From the human T2T-CHM13v2.0 reference genome, Homo sapiens: a stretch of 64,000 nt of DNA. The translations under genes and the position numbers were made by a program. Shown one piece after another: positions 27,801 to 41,900 of this stretch (positions are counted from its first letter, which is position 1; every line of letters starts with the position of its first letter). The notes under the pieces were generated by a model that ran no database searches, was not told the origin of the DNA, and was given only the letters and a program-made list of their open reading frames with translations. The stretch lies in the NCBI RefSeq assembly GCF_009914755.1, contig NC_060931.1. One strand, given 5' to 3'.

Positions 27801-29429
27801 TTCTAGAAAATATTTTCCTAGTAACCCTGACATTTCTTTTCATCTTGCTTATTCTAGTTGGTCTGATATAGCTTGATTGACATTTCAGCCTTCTTCCCAC
27901 TATATTTTTTTTTCCTGTGAGAGCTATTGGGTTTTCTAAATCCTGAAAGAATGCCAAAGATGGGGTTGGAGGAGTTTGGTGAGGCAAAGTGCAGCCTTTG
28001 TTAAAATACTTTTCCTTTGCTCTCTCTCCCTCATCTGAAATTTAGTTAAATACCCTAAGCCATCAGCACTGTACCTAGTTGGGGAATGCTTTCATCCCCA
28101 CAGGAGATTCTCTGGGGCTTTGGGCCATCTTCCCCTTCAGTGTAGACCACAGAGGACTTTGCTTCTGTCCCAGGGAGCCCGCAGGGGCTCACTTCTCCAT
28201 GTTCATCTGATTCTTGTCAGCCAAGGTTTCAAATGCTTTTCTGATCAGAACAGGGAAAAGATACCTATCTGAATCATGTCTTTATAGATATGAGGCTATG
28301 AGGGAAAATTCTGAGGTTATTCTTGACTCACACCTAAAGATTTGGAAATGAGATTAGCAGCAAAGCTTTGCCCTACATCTCATGTCAGAATTTTCTGTTT
28401 CTTTCTAGTCTTTGAGTGTATGTGTGTTCTCACACACGCCATAATGAAATGCATATTATATATAATTATGTGTATATATAATATTCTATGACTATACATG
28501 ACATGTTCCTTTAGCTGATTGCTGTTAAGAGAAATTTATAGGTTTTTATTTTTCTTGTTTTGTTGGGTATTAAGGAAGAGAAATTCTATGGTAATTTTCA
28601 TGTGGCACAGTAATCTGGCATATATGTTGATTTTTTTCCTACACCCATTTGTTGTGATACCAAGTTTGAAAACAACAGATTTCAGTGGTTGCTTGGGAAA
28701 CCACAGAACCATGACTTGGGGAGAGACAGGATGATTAGGTGGGAAAGCACCCTTTTGGTGGGGCTGTAAAGACTTTTATATTTAGCAAAATTGGCTACAA
28801 AGTCCATTCCCCTCCTTTTCTTGCCTTGATTTGGTAGAGGGATAGACTTGGATACAAACTAGAATGGATTCATTCTTCTCTGGAGTTAGTGTAACAAGAC
28901 ATTTAGCTGCTCAACACAAAAACAGAAACAAAAAAATTGTGTGGTTTCAGCAGTGCTATACAATTACTTTTTCTGACCTTTAATGGAGAGAAACACCACT
29001 TCTTTGGTCCCTACCATCAGCTTCATAGGGTTTTCATCCTGTTCTGTTTCTGGGAGGGCGTAACTGGCCATGCACAAGTTTTTTTTCTCTAATCAGAGTA
29101 TGTGCCACTTCTGACCACCAGTAGATGAAAACGAATGGAAACCAGGCTATTATATGATACATATCCATTACAGAATAAGACATGAAACTCAAAGGTACTT
29201 TATGGTATAATGGGGCATATATTCCTGGACAATTCTTAATGGTCACAGATTTTATAAAAGGACTATTAGTAAATGTATGAATTACAGAGTAATTTATCCT
29301 TCTGTTAGTAAGAACCAGCTGATGACCTCAGTGTCAGGTGCATCGTGGAAGGTGTTGGGACCTTCCCTTGCCACCACCCTCACCAGCCATCATCAGCCAT
29401 AACCTGCACATTGGGGAAGTTTTGACTTA

Positions 29430-29940
29430 TCCCTCACTTTTGCCCCTCTTCAAGCTGTTCTTTCCACAGTGAATGAGAAGGCCACTTCTTCCTTCAAACC
29501 TTTCAGTGGTTTCCATTTTCCTTTAGACAAAGTCTCTGCCTAGCTGGCCTCTGCCTGCCCCTCCTGCCTACCTCTCGAGCACTGCCCCCACCTAGGGCTC
29601 TGGTTCCCCAACCTTCACTCGGTCCTGCCACACCTCCCAGCCCCTTCTCCCTTCAGAACTTTCCTTCTTGTTGTCCCCAACACTGGGACACAAAACCCTC
29701 CTTATCAACCCTCCTTATCTGGCTGACTCTTACAAGATCAGAAACCTGTGTAATGCTCTCATGGCACGCTCCCCTTGTCTTCGTGGATTTCTCAGATGGG
29801 AAGGAATTATCCATGCAATCACACATAAACTTCTACCTACCCTCCCCTAGTAGCTGTCTGCTGCTAAGGATGGGGACCATTCTCACTTACTCACTGTTCT
29901 GTCCCTCTGCCCAGTCCAGATGTGTTGAAGGATGGAAATA
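29430..29940 (+). mobile_element. L2 3' fragment
   Basis: ttcaaacctttcagtggtttccatt...ggccctgcctacctct-like...gggaccattctcacttactcactg. Confidence 0.55.
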
Positions 29941-30589
29941 TACAGAGTAGTGGTAAAATATAAACCGTTCAGACATTCCAAGGATGGGCTCATGTGCTTT
30001 GACTCATTAATGTACCACTGCTGAAAACAGAACACAGCCGCAGTCTTGCCAGTAAGAGTGCAGTTACTGTAATTAATGAATTTGCTAATTAAGCCATGAT
30101 TTCATACTGAACTTATGACCAACATATTGAGAAGGTGTGTCTTCAAGAAAATTTATTTTTTGTATTAAGATATTTACTCCAAAGCTAATTGAAGAAGCCA
30201 AATCTAGGCTCTGGTTTCACCATTGCCAGGGAAATGAGCTCATGGACTCCTATGAACTGATGATGTTAGATCAGAAGTTTCTCAAGGCCAGGGCCCAATC
30301 ACTGCTGAGGCGTCAACAGTAGTTCCTTGTACATCAATAATTCTCATTACTTTTAAAAAATAACAGATGAATAGCAACTATTTTCCCTGTAGCTCCCTTG
30401 CTGTGCCTCCTACCCTCCACCACATGTTTCTGGGGAGCCCTGCTTCGGGCCTGCCAACTACAGAGAATTACTTTTGAGTATCCCTTCCACTCTCATCTCA
30501 AGACAGAGTTCATCTACCTTTGGGTTATTTGTCAAAAATGTGTCATTTTATTACAAAAAATATACAATCATCATGTATTTTGATTAAAT

Positions 30590-30830
30590 TTTACACTAGA
30601 TTATTAAAATTATTAAATACAATTATTAAAATTAATAATTTAACATATCACATATTTTAAATATATTGTATATAATGAATAATAATATAATTATTGTCTA
30701 TTTTAATTCAATAAATGTATAGTAAGTTAGCCAGTTGTAAATTACTGAGAACACTCTACTGAAAAAGCATCATTTCAAATACACTATTTAAAATATTAAA
30801 TGAAATACAATAACATAATTAAACTAATCT
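30590..30830. repeat. AT-rich low-complexity region
   Basis: Nearly all A/T, with a short ttattaaaat repeat. Confidence 0.7.
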
Positions 30831-30954
30831 TTGGTTCCCCTATTTATGTATTCATTTATCCAACAAAATCTCCTTAAGTGCTTATAATGGGTAGGTCCTG
30901 GCTCGGTGTCCCCTAGACAGACGCATGGGCCTTCCCCCAGCCCGTCAGTATGGT

Positions 30955-30999
30955 GCAGGTGTGATGTGTCCGCAGGTGTGTGTGTATGTGTGCAGGTGT

Positions 31000-31015
<16 letters not shown>
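30955..31015 (+). repeat. Four spaced copies of GCAGG(T/C)GTG
   Basis: Copies start at 30955, 30972, 30992 and 31007. Confidence 0.85.
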
Positions 31016-31930
<915 letters not shown>

Positions 31931-33519
31931 GACTGGACTGGACCAGACAATGTTGTGTTTGGATTTGTAACTGTTTTTTGTTTTTTGTTTGAGTTGGTTG
32001 ATTGGGGTTTGATTTGCTTTTGAAAAGATTTTTATTTTTAGAGGCAGGGCTGCATTGGGAGCATCCAGAACTGCTACCTTCCTAGATGTTTCCCCAGACC
32101 GCTGGCTGAGATTCCCTCACCTGTCGCTTCCTAGAATCCCCTTCTCCAAACGATTAGTCTAAATTTTCAGAGAGAAATAGATAAAACACGCCACAGCCTG
32201 GGAAGGAGCGTGCTCTACCCTGTGCTAAGCACGGGGTTCGCGCACCAGGTGTCTTTTTCCAGTCCCCAGAAGCAGAGAGCACAGCCCCTGCTGTGTGGGT
32301 CTGCAGGTGAGCAGACAGGACAGGTGTGCCGCCACCCAAGTGCCAAGACACAGCAGGGCCAACAACCTGTGCCCAGGCCAGCTTCGAGCTACATGCATCT
32401 AGGGCGGAGAGGCTGCACTTGTGAGAGAAAATACTATTTCAAGTCATATTCTGCGTAGGAAAATGAATTGGTTGGGGAAAGTCGTGTCTGTCAGACTGCC
32501 CTGGGTGGAGGGAGACGCCGGGCTAGAGCCTTTGGGATCGTCCTGGATTCACTGGCTTTGCGGAGGCTGCTCAGATGGCCTGAGCCTCCCGAGGCTTGCT
32601 GCCCCGTAGGAGGAGACTGTCTTCCCGTGGGCATATCTGGGGAGCCCTGTTCCCCGCTTTTTCACTCCCATACCTTTAATGGCCCCCAAAATCTGTCACT
32701 ACAATTTAAACACCAGTCCCGAAATTTGGATCTTCTTTCTTTTTGAATCTCTCAAACGGCAACATTCCTCAGAAACCAAAGCTTTATTTCAAATCTCTTC
32801 CTTCCCTGGCTGGTTCCATCTAGTACCAGAGGCCTCTTTTCCTGAAGAAATCCAATCCTAGCCCTCATTTTAATTATGTACATCTGTTTGTAGCCACAAG
32901 CCTGAATTTCTCAGTGTTGGTAAGTTTCTTTACCTACCCTCACTATATATTATTCTCGTTTTAAAACCCATAAAGGAGTGATTTAGAACAGTCATTAATT
33001 TTCAACTCAATGAAATATGTGAAGCCCAGCATCTCTGTTGCTAACACACAGAGCTCACCTGTTTGAAACCAAGCTTTCAAACATGTTGAAGCTCTTTACT
33101 GTAAAGGCAAGCCAGCATGTGTGTCCACACATCATAGGATGGCTGGCTCTGCACCTGTAGGATATTGGAATGCACAGGGCAATTGAGGGACTGAGCCAGA
33201 CCTTCGGAGAGTAATGCCACCAGATCCCCTAGGAAAGAGGAGGCAAATGGCACTGCAGGTGAGAACCCCGCCCATCCGTGCTATGACATGGAGGCACTGA
33301 AGCCCGAGGAAGGTGTGTGGAGATTCTAATCCCAACAAGCAAGGGTCTCCTTCAAGATTAATGCTATCAATCATTAAGGTCATTACTCTCAACCACCTAG
33401 GCAATGAAGAATATACCATTTCAAATATTTACAGTACTTGTCTTCACCAACACTGTCCCAAGGTGAAATGAAGCAACAGAGAGGAAATTGTACATAAGTA
33501 CCTCAGCATTTAATCCAAA

Positions 33520-33727
33520 CAGGGGTTCTTAGTCTCAGCACTATGACATTTTGGGCTGACTACTTATTTGTTAGGCGGGAGCTCTCCTGTGCATTGTAGG
33601 ATAATTAGCAGTATCCCTGGTGGCTACCCAATAGACGCCAGTAGCACCCCGAATTGACAACCCAAACTCTCCAGACATCACCAACTGTCCCCTGCGAGGA
33701 GAAATCACTCCTGGGGGAGAACCACTG
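33520..33727. mobile_element. MER20 (hAT-Charlie) within the IKZF1 3'UTR
   Basis: caggggttctt...gcactatgacattttgggc...tcctgtgcattgtagga...ctccagacat...tgtcccct...gagaaccactg. Confidence 0.85.
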
Positions 33728-36280
33728 ACCCAAATGAATTCTAAACCAATCAAATGTCTGGGAAGCCCTCCAAGAAAAAAAATAGAAAAGCACTTGAAGA
33801 ATATTCCCAATATTCCCGGTCAGCAGTATCAAGGCTGACTTGTGTTCATGTGGAGTCATTATAAATTCTATAAATCAATTATTCCCCTTCGGTCTTAAAA
33901 ATATATTTCCTCATAAACATTTGAGTTTTGTTGAAAAGATGGAGTTTACAAAGATACCATTCTTGAGTCATGGATTTCTCTGCTCACAGAAGGGTGTGGC
34001 ATTTGGAAACGGGAATAAACAAAATTGCTGCACCAATGCACTGAGTGAAGGAAGAGAGACAGAGGATCAAGGGCTTTAGACAGCACTCCTTCAATATGCA
34101 ATCACAGAGAAAGATGCGCCTTATCCAAGTTAATATCTCTAAGGTGAGAGCCTTCTTAGAGTCAGTTTGTTGCAAATTTCACCTACTCTGTTCTTTTCCA
34201 TCCATCCCCCTGAGTCAGTTGGTTGAAGGGAGTTATTTTTTCAAGTGGAATTCAAACAAAGCTCAAACCAGAACTGTAAATAGTGATTGCAGGAATTCTT
34301 TTCTAAACTGCTTTGCCCTTTCCTCTCACTGCCTTTTATAGCCAATATAAATGTCTCTTTGCACACCTTTTGTTGTGGTTTTATATTGTAACACCATTTT
34401 TCTTTGAAACTATTGTATTTAAAGTAAGGTTTCATATTATGTCAGCAAGTAATTAACTTATGTTTAAAAGGTGGCCATATCATGTACCAAAAGTTGCTGA
34501 AGTTTCTCTTCTAGCTGGTAAAGTAGGAGTTTGCATGACTTCACACTTTTTTTGCGTAGTTTCTTCTGTTGTATGATGGCGTGAGTGTGTGTCTTGGGTA
34601 CCGCTGTGTACTACTGTGTGCCTAGATTCCATGCACTCTCGTTGTGTTTGAAGTAAATATTGGAGACCGGAGGGTAACAGGTTGGCCTGTTGATTACAGC
34701 TAGTAATCGCTGTGTCTTGTTCCGCCCCCTCCCTGACACCCCAGCTTCCCAGGATGTGGAAAGCCTGGATCTCAGCTCCTTGCCCCATATCCCTTCTGTA
34801 ATTTGTACCTAAAGAGTGTGATTATCCTAATTCAAGAGTCACTAAAACTCATCACATTATCATTGCATATCAGCAAAGGGTAAAGTCCTAGCACCAATTG
34901 CTTCACATACCAGCATGTTCCATTTCCAATTTAGAATTAGCCACATAATAAAATCTTAGAATCTTCCTTGAGAAAGAGCTGCCTGAGATGTAGTTTTGTT
35001 ATATGGTTCCCCACCGACCATTTTTGTGCTTTTTTCTTGTTTTGTTTTGTTTTGACTGCACTGTGAGTTTTGTAGTGTCCTCTTCTTGCCAAAACAAACG
35101 CGAGATGAACTGGACTTATGTAGACAAATCGTGATGCCAGTGTATCCTTCCTTTCTTCAGTTCCAGCAATAATGAATGGTCAACTTTTTTAAAATCTAGA
35201 TCTCTCTCATTCATTTCAATGTATTTTTACTTTAAGATGAACCAAAATTATTAGACTTATTTAAGATGTACAGGCATCAGAAAAAAGAAGCACATAATGC
35301 TTTTGGTGCGATGGCACTCACTGTGAACATGTGTAACCACATATTAATATGCAATATTGTTTCCAATACTTTCTAATACAGTTTTTTATAATGTTGTGTG
35401 TGGTGATTGTTCAGGTCGAATCTGTTGTATCCAGTACAGCTTTAGGTCTTCAGCTGCCCTTCTGGCGAGTACATGCACAGGATTGTAAATGAGAAATGCA
35501 GTCATATTTCCAGTCTGCCTCTATGATGATGTTAAATTATTGCTGTTTAGCTGTGAACAAGGGATGTACCACTGGAGGAATAGAGTATCCTTTTGTACAC
35601 ATTTTGAAATGCTTCTTCTGTAGTGATAGAACAAATAAATGCAACGAATACTCTGTCTGCCCTATCCCGTGAAGTCCACACTGGCGTAAGAGAAGGCCCA
35701 GCAGAGCAGGAATCTGCCTAGACTTTCTCCCAATGAGATCCCAATATGAGAGGGAGAAGAGATGGGCCTCAGGACAGCTGCAATACCACTTGGGAACACA
35801 TGTGGTGTCTTGATGTGGCCAGCGCAGCAGTTCAGCACAACGTACCTCCCATCTACAACAGTGCTGGACGTGGGAATTCTAAGTCCCAGTCTTGAGGGTG
35901 GGTGGAGATGGAGGGCAACAAGAGATACATTTCCAGTTCTCCACTGCAGCATGCTTCAGTCATTCTGTGAGTGGCCGGGCCCAGGGCCCTCACAATTTCA
36001 CTACCTTGTCTTTTACATAGTCATAAGAATTATCCTCAACATAGCCTTTTGACGCTGTAAATCTTGAGTATTCATTTACCCTTTTCTGATCTCCTGGAAA
36101 CAGCTGCCTGCCTGCATTGCACTTCTCTTCCCGAGGAGTGGGGTAAATTTAAAAGTCAAGTTATAGTTTGGATGTTAGTATAGAATTTTGAAATTGGGAA
36201 TTAAAAATCAGGACTGGGGACTGGGAGACCAAAAATTTCTGATCCCATTTCTGATGGATGTGTCACACCTTTTCTGTCAA

Positions 36281-36286
36281 AATAAA
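36281..36286 (+). terminator. IKZF1: Distal polyadenylation signal of IKZF1
   Basis: AATAAA followed by T-rich downstream sequence. Position fits the known transcript end. Confidence 0.75.
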
Positions 36287-37944
36287 ATGTCTTGGAGGTT
36301 ATGACTCCTTGGTGAAACCTTCTCACATTCTCATTGGAAGCATATGGGTTCTCAAGGAACGAAATCCCTTTGGCTGTTCCCAAAACTCATGTCTTTTCTT
36401 TTATGGCCTTACAACTCCAACACAGGGCTAGGCACAAAAGACACACTCAAGGGATTGAGCAATTGGTAAAAGACCTGGAGGAAGTTTGACAACCAAGACC
36501 GAAACTCCACGTTCCTCCAAAGCCCAGGAAATCCTTCTGAAAACTTCTGGCCTTTTCTCTGCACCAGAACCCAGAACGGGCTGGCACAGTGTTGCTGTGC
36601 GGAGCTGAAGGCAAAATGTTGCTGTTGCCTGCACAGATCTGTCTTCTCTGCCTTTTTGCAAATCATCCGCCCCTAACTTCCTCTAAGGAGGCAGAAAGGG
36701 ATTCCCCGTGGCTCTTAGAATAGCAACCCTGCCCTCAGCATCCTAGGCTCCCACTGGCTTCTCCTGCCATTAAACAGGCCTGAGCAAAACCATTCCCTAG
36801 TTTTGAGTTGCCATGAGACTCCCTCACCGACTCCAGCCTTGCCCCGGCTCCAGTGCCTCCAATGATCTCCCAGGACTTTGTTTCCCAAATGCAGCTTGTA
36901 ATCATCTGAGTGGCTGTTAAAAATGCAGCTTTCAGAAGCCTCCTCCTGAACATTCTGGAGCTGGAGGTCTGGACACAGCCCACCCTCGAGGTGTGGGACC
37001 AGCCACCAAGTCGTGCTAAGCAGACTCCCAGTCCATTCCTCCTAGAGACAGTTACAGCCTTGCCTCTCTTCCTGGGCCCAAACCCATTTTTGGAAGGGAG
37101 GGGAGGAACCAATAATAGTCTCTTTTTCTTCCCCCTGAGTTTGAAACAACCCAGATATTATAGATAAAAGAATCAACAAGTGGGAAACCAAAAAACTAGC
37201 TTTCTTACTCATAAAACCGAGATGAGAGGACACAGCTTCACGGTGTGACCCCAGCGGGCATTACACTCGTTCTGCATTAGTCAGACTTGCCCACCTGGCC
37301 ACAGGTAGCAATTAAACTTAGGAGGCCCCAGCAAAGGCTGAGCCCCTGCCCTGCAGGACAGGGAGAGGGGACCAGAACCTACACCCTATAGGCAGCAGAC
37401 CCCCGTGCAGCAATAGGAAGCGCACTCGGTTCCTACGTCCAGACTCAAGTCCAGGCCACTCCTTTCCTCCTGGGGTCCAGCAAGGGGTTTTACCAAAGTC
37501 CATCCACATGGAGACAGGAGTGAGAAAATAGAGTCCACAGCCATCCCTGCATCACCCCTGGATCTCAGCCTGTTTACCTTAATGGAGAAGCCAAGCCTGT
37601 TCACCTGGCCCTCCATGGTCCACTAAGATGGAAGGCCATGCCCCAGCTGCCACTGGTCTCCACAGTGACCCTCAGTGTCACACAGTCTCTCTCCCTGGCC
37701 CTCCTTCAATGGGAGCCTCCTAAAGGCCTCCTTACCTCCCGAGTCTCCTTAATCCTACCTAGACTTTTGACTTCTCAATAGTGATTGTGTTAAACCAGGA
37801 ACCTGATCAATCACTGACACTGCCCTGCACACAGATCTCCCCTGGTTTCCTGCTACTCCAAAGCCAAGTGCCATTTCCTCAGCCAGGAGCACAAGGTGGC
37901 CCTGCCTTAGAGGTGTCCCTCTGGGCATGTTAAGATGTGCATAA

Positions 37945-38110
37945 GGCATGGTGATTAGGAATGGGACTCTGGAGCTGCGAAGCCTGGGTGTGAATATCTG
38001 CTCTGTACATTAACGCTGTGTGACATGGGACACATGGTCTAACCTCTTTGAGCCCCAGTTTTCTCCTCACTGAAAGCCTGGAGGGTTACAGGAAGGATTA
38101 AATCCTCAGT
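37945..38110 (+). mobile_element. MIR
   Basis: ggactctggag...gctgtgtgacatggg...aacctctttgagccccagttttctc. Confidence 0.75.
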
Positions 38111-39459
38111 GTCTGTGGACCACTGGACTCAGTGCTGTGGGAGTGGCTGCTCAGCCTTTCCTGCCTCACCTGGCGTTTGTATAGCTCCTTCTAGCCCCCT
38201 TATCTCATTCCAGCTGCATGACAGCCAAGTGAGACAGGGACCCATCCACATCCCCCTTAGAGATCAAACAATTGTGTCTGCGAAGCAGCAAACCTCCTTC
38301 TCAGCCATCACCATGCTGGGCATGTTCTGGGTGAGCCTGGGGAAGATGATATGTGCCCCATCGTAAAGTGAAAGAACTGCATCTCAGGGCTCCACAGAGC
38401 ACCCAGAGTCCAGTGCTGCAGAGGCAGGATGGGCCCAGGCCCCTCAAGCCCATTCTTCTCTTGGCTCCTGTTCCATCTCGGCAGTGCTTCCTCCAGGGAG
38501 GATGTGGGATTTGATACGTGGGAATGACAGGGTTTGGCAATCCCATAGCTTCTGAATTCCAGGGAGGGGAGGAGAAAGATGCGGGTGAAAACCTGCTTTC
38601 AGAGGGTTTTCCCTTGGCTGCCTCCTCAACCAAACTCACCCACAAATTGCATGTCAAGTTTCCCAACCTCCACCTAGGGGAGCAGGCTCTTTCACTTCAG
38701 AGAATTCAGAGGCATCTCGAGGGCATATGCCAGGGCAGGCACAGAGTGAGGAGGTGGGGTTGGGGGTTTTTGGACAGCTCTGGTCCCCTCCAGCCCCACA
38801 GAGCATGCAATGTGGCTGATGCTGCTGGAGAGCTGGTCTCTGAAAGGAGAATGCATGAATCTGAACTAGAAACAGAAGGGCAGAAGGACCAGGAAAAGAA
38901 ATGAGAGCCAAACAGAGTCTGAGCAATGAAAGGATGTTTCAGAGAGCTGAAAACACAAGCTAAGCTAAGCATCAGTGGACTGGGAGAGCTCTGCAAAATA
39001 TCAGGGAGCCTAGAGGTATCTAGTCAAAGATGAGTACAATTACAACCAATAAACTCAAGACCAAGGACAAGAGCAGGGACATTTCCCCCAATTAGACAGT
39101 GCCCCCTCTGTGTCCCTGCCCCCAACACACATTGACACATTTGACTTTTGACTCCATTCTGTTCTCTCTGCACTGCATCTTGTCTCTGGCTCTTCTTAAT
39201 CTTAAGATCCTTCATTGGTTTGTTGAATAACTTGAGCTGCAAAGCAGAGACTGGGAAGTTGGAAATAAAGTAAATCAATATCTTCTTGATAAAAGAGACA
39301 CTCCTGACATCACATAATGACTTGACCCACTCACATCACATCGCTCCTCAGCCTTCAGTGCCTGGCTATGTGCTGGGATCAAGGCTCACAGCATCACAGG
39401 GGTTGGGCGCTGTAACCACCTGCTTGTGCCATGTGTACTCCCTGTCTGTCTCTACAAGT

Positions 39460-39590
39460 ACCATTGTCACCTCCAGTTCTGCAGATGAGGACTTCGAAGC
39501 TTGGAAAAGCTGAGTAACCTGCCTGGGGTCACACAGCTGGAAATACTAGGACCAGCACTTGTCCCTGAGCACCTGACTCCTGTGCCTGCA
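39460..39590 (-). mobile_element. MIR (antisense)
   Basis: cagatgaggac...agtaacctgcctggggtcacacagct. Confidence 0.7.
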
Positions 39591-40169
39591 CTCTAGAAAG
39601 CACAGGGAGAAATGACCCAGCACAAAGGTGATTACAAAACAAGGTGCAATGAAAAGTGCTCTAAAGTGCTGTAAAAGCCCAGTGGAAGGAAACATCACTT
39701 CTCACTTGAGGATTACAGAAGGCTTCCTGGAAGAGATCTTGTCTGATCCCAGCTTTTCGGAATGATTGGGATTTTGATATTGGAAGCAGAGGATTGGGGG
39801 TGTAAGAAGGGCATTCAAGACAGAACAAATGTGAATGAAATCTGTTGTATGTCAGAACCAGAAGTCCAACAGCAATAGCCCTGTTTGTCTGGGAAAGAGT
39901 ACTCAAGGGGAAAAAAATAGGAGATAAATTCAGAAATGTAGACTGAGGATAGGAGGAGTTTGAACAGGTGGATAGGGAGGCATCCAGGAGTCTTAGGAGG
40001 TGAGGGGGAGGGGGTGATGCAATGAGAACTCTGGAGACAGTGAAGGGGGCCATGCCATCCAGGCAGAAGAGAGGCTTTACCCACAGCAAGGATGCTGACA
40101 CTAACCAGCAGAAGTCAGGAGAGGAGAGAAGCAGAGAAGAGAGGACTGGACTCTGCCACTAGGACGCAG

Positions 40170-40270
40170 GCTCCAAGAGCAGGGATTTTTTGTATTTATT
40201 TAATGCCATATCCTCAGTGTCAAAAAGAGTACCTGGAACATATTAGATGCTCAATAAATATTTGTTGCAT
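40170..40270 (+). mobile_element. L2 3' terminus
   Basis: gtacctggaacatattagatgctcaataaatatttgttg. Confidence 0.65.
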
Positions 40271-41139
40271 AACATCTTTTTAAGATAATTAAATCTATTG
40301 TGCTTTGACGAGAGGTAAGGAGGTGAAACCCAGTCTCAGAGCCTATATGAGCCATTACTGAGAAAAGGGAAAATGGGCAGAGGATTGGAGGAGGGGAACT
40401 TGGCTTTGTGTAAGCATGGGTGGGACAGCCGGGTCCCCATGGATGGCCAATGCATTTGGGAGTCATGAGGCATAGGCTACTATAATGGGAGCTGTGACAG
40501 GTACATGTCGCCTCAGGAAAGAGGTGGAGGGTAGGGATGGTTCTGGGGAGCGTGGGGAGAGGAGAAGCAGGAGGAATTAGGCAAAGGAAATAAGAGGGGC
40601 TTTTCCAGATAGGAAAACTCATTGGGGACAGCATCTCAGAATTGTTTTTTTAATTCAAAAGAAGAGGCCCACAAATAGGTTCAACAAAGCCAATGCAATA
40701 AGGAAGGGGGCAGAGATGAGACCACTGAGTCAAGTGTTTAGGATGCTGGCAATGACCTTCAAGTGGTGGGTGACAGTGGACTGCAAGGGTGGGCAGAGAT
40801 GGGCTCTGGAGAGCAGCCGGCAAAGAAGACAGGACCCTGCAATGCAGCCCAGGCCTCATGGAGGCCGATGCTTTGGAAAGGCCAAGTTCTTGGCTGCACT
40901 TTTCTAAGGAGAAAGGTAAGAGCCTCATGGGGATACTCCCTTGCTTTTTCTGCTTTTTGACATGGCCAAGACAGGAACAAGGCAGACATCCCTAGAACTC
41001 TGTCTCCTGTCCACGTCTGGGATCTGGGCTTCTCAAGGCAGGCTGCATCACCTTCCAGCTCCAGGAGTGGCCCTGCAGGTCCTGGAGCAACAGCCTGGCC
41101 CCTGCCCACGCCCCCTCCTCCCTGGCCGCAGGCCCTGGG

Positions 41140-41900
41140 CCTGGGCTGAGCAGATGGGCCCTGGCAACTCGGTGAATCGGAACTATGGGAAGCAGATGCA
41201 CCCGCCATGGGTCCCCGGGCACAACTGGAACCTGCTGGGGGAGGGAATTTGCATAATAAGGATAATTTGGTACCAAAACTGTCCCCTGAAGTGAACTGCA
41301 TGGATCTCGATACAGTTAACAAATTTCACTTCTTCTTTCCCATGTTTTGTCAAACCAACTAGTTGTGACGTTGAGTGTGTGAATTGTCCCAATGTTTCTG
41401 TTTCTCTGCCCATGAGTCAGCCCTGGCTTCTCTCTCTGCTTTGCTACCCCCCTGGGCCTGAGGAGGTACCATGCACATGCATATGGGCCTCTCCTGAACA
41501 AGGCCACCCTAAGACCTCTCTCTGTGGTTGCGACCACATGTGATCCCAGGTTCCCAGAAGGCCTCAGTGGCTGCGGCCTCCTCTCCGCCACCGTCTCACG
41601 GTGCTGTTCCTCCCCAGGCACCTGCGCGAGCTTCCTCATTGTCATTCTCCCTCCAGCTTCCTGTGGGTAGAGGGTGGGCTGGGCCCCACAGTAAGGAGGG
41701 TGTGCAGTTTCAGGGTCCCTCAATTTGATTCCCCTTTCAGGGACCTCCTCCCTCTGGGCACTGCCCTGATCCCCACCCTCAGTGGGCACTGCCCCTTGCA
41801 AAATCCTCTGTAAATCCCCTCTGCCCACACCCACTTCCCACCTCTGTGAGCACCACGATTCCTTTTTTAAGTTGGTCTCTCATACCACCCCATGGGAGAA
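41140..41900. promoter_or_regulatory. Putative B-lineage enhancer downstream of IKZF1
   Basis: Cluster of octamer ATTTGCAT, E-boxes, GGGAA, EBF-like, ETS/IRF, AP-1 and RUNX motifs in non-repetitive DNA. Confidence 0.6.

Noticed and set aside
38518-38904. 128-aa ORF downstream of the polyA site
   Set aside because: No recognisable domain, promoter or splice structure. Cannot be supported without transcript or Ribo-seq data.
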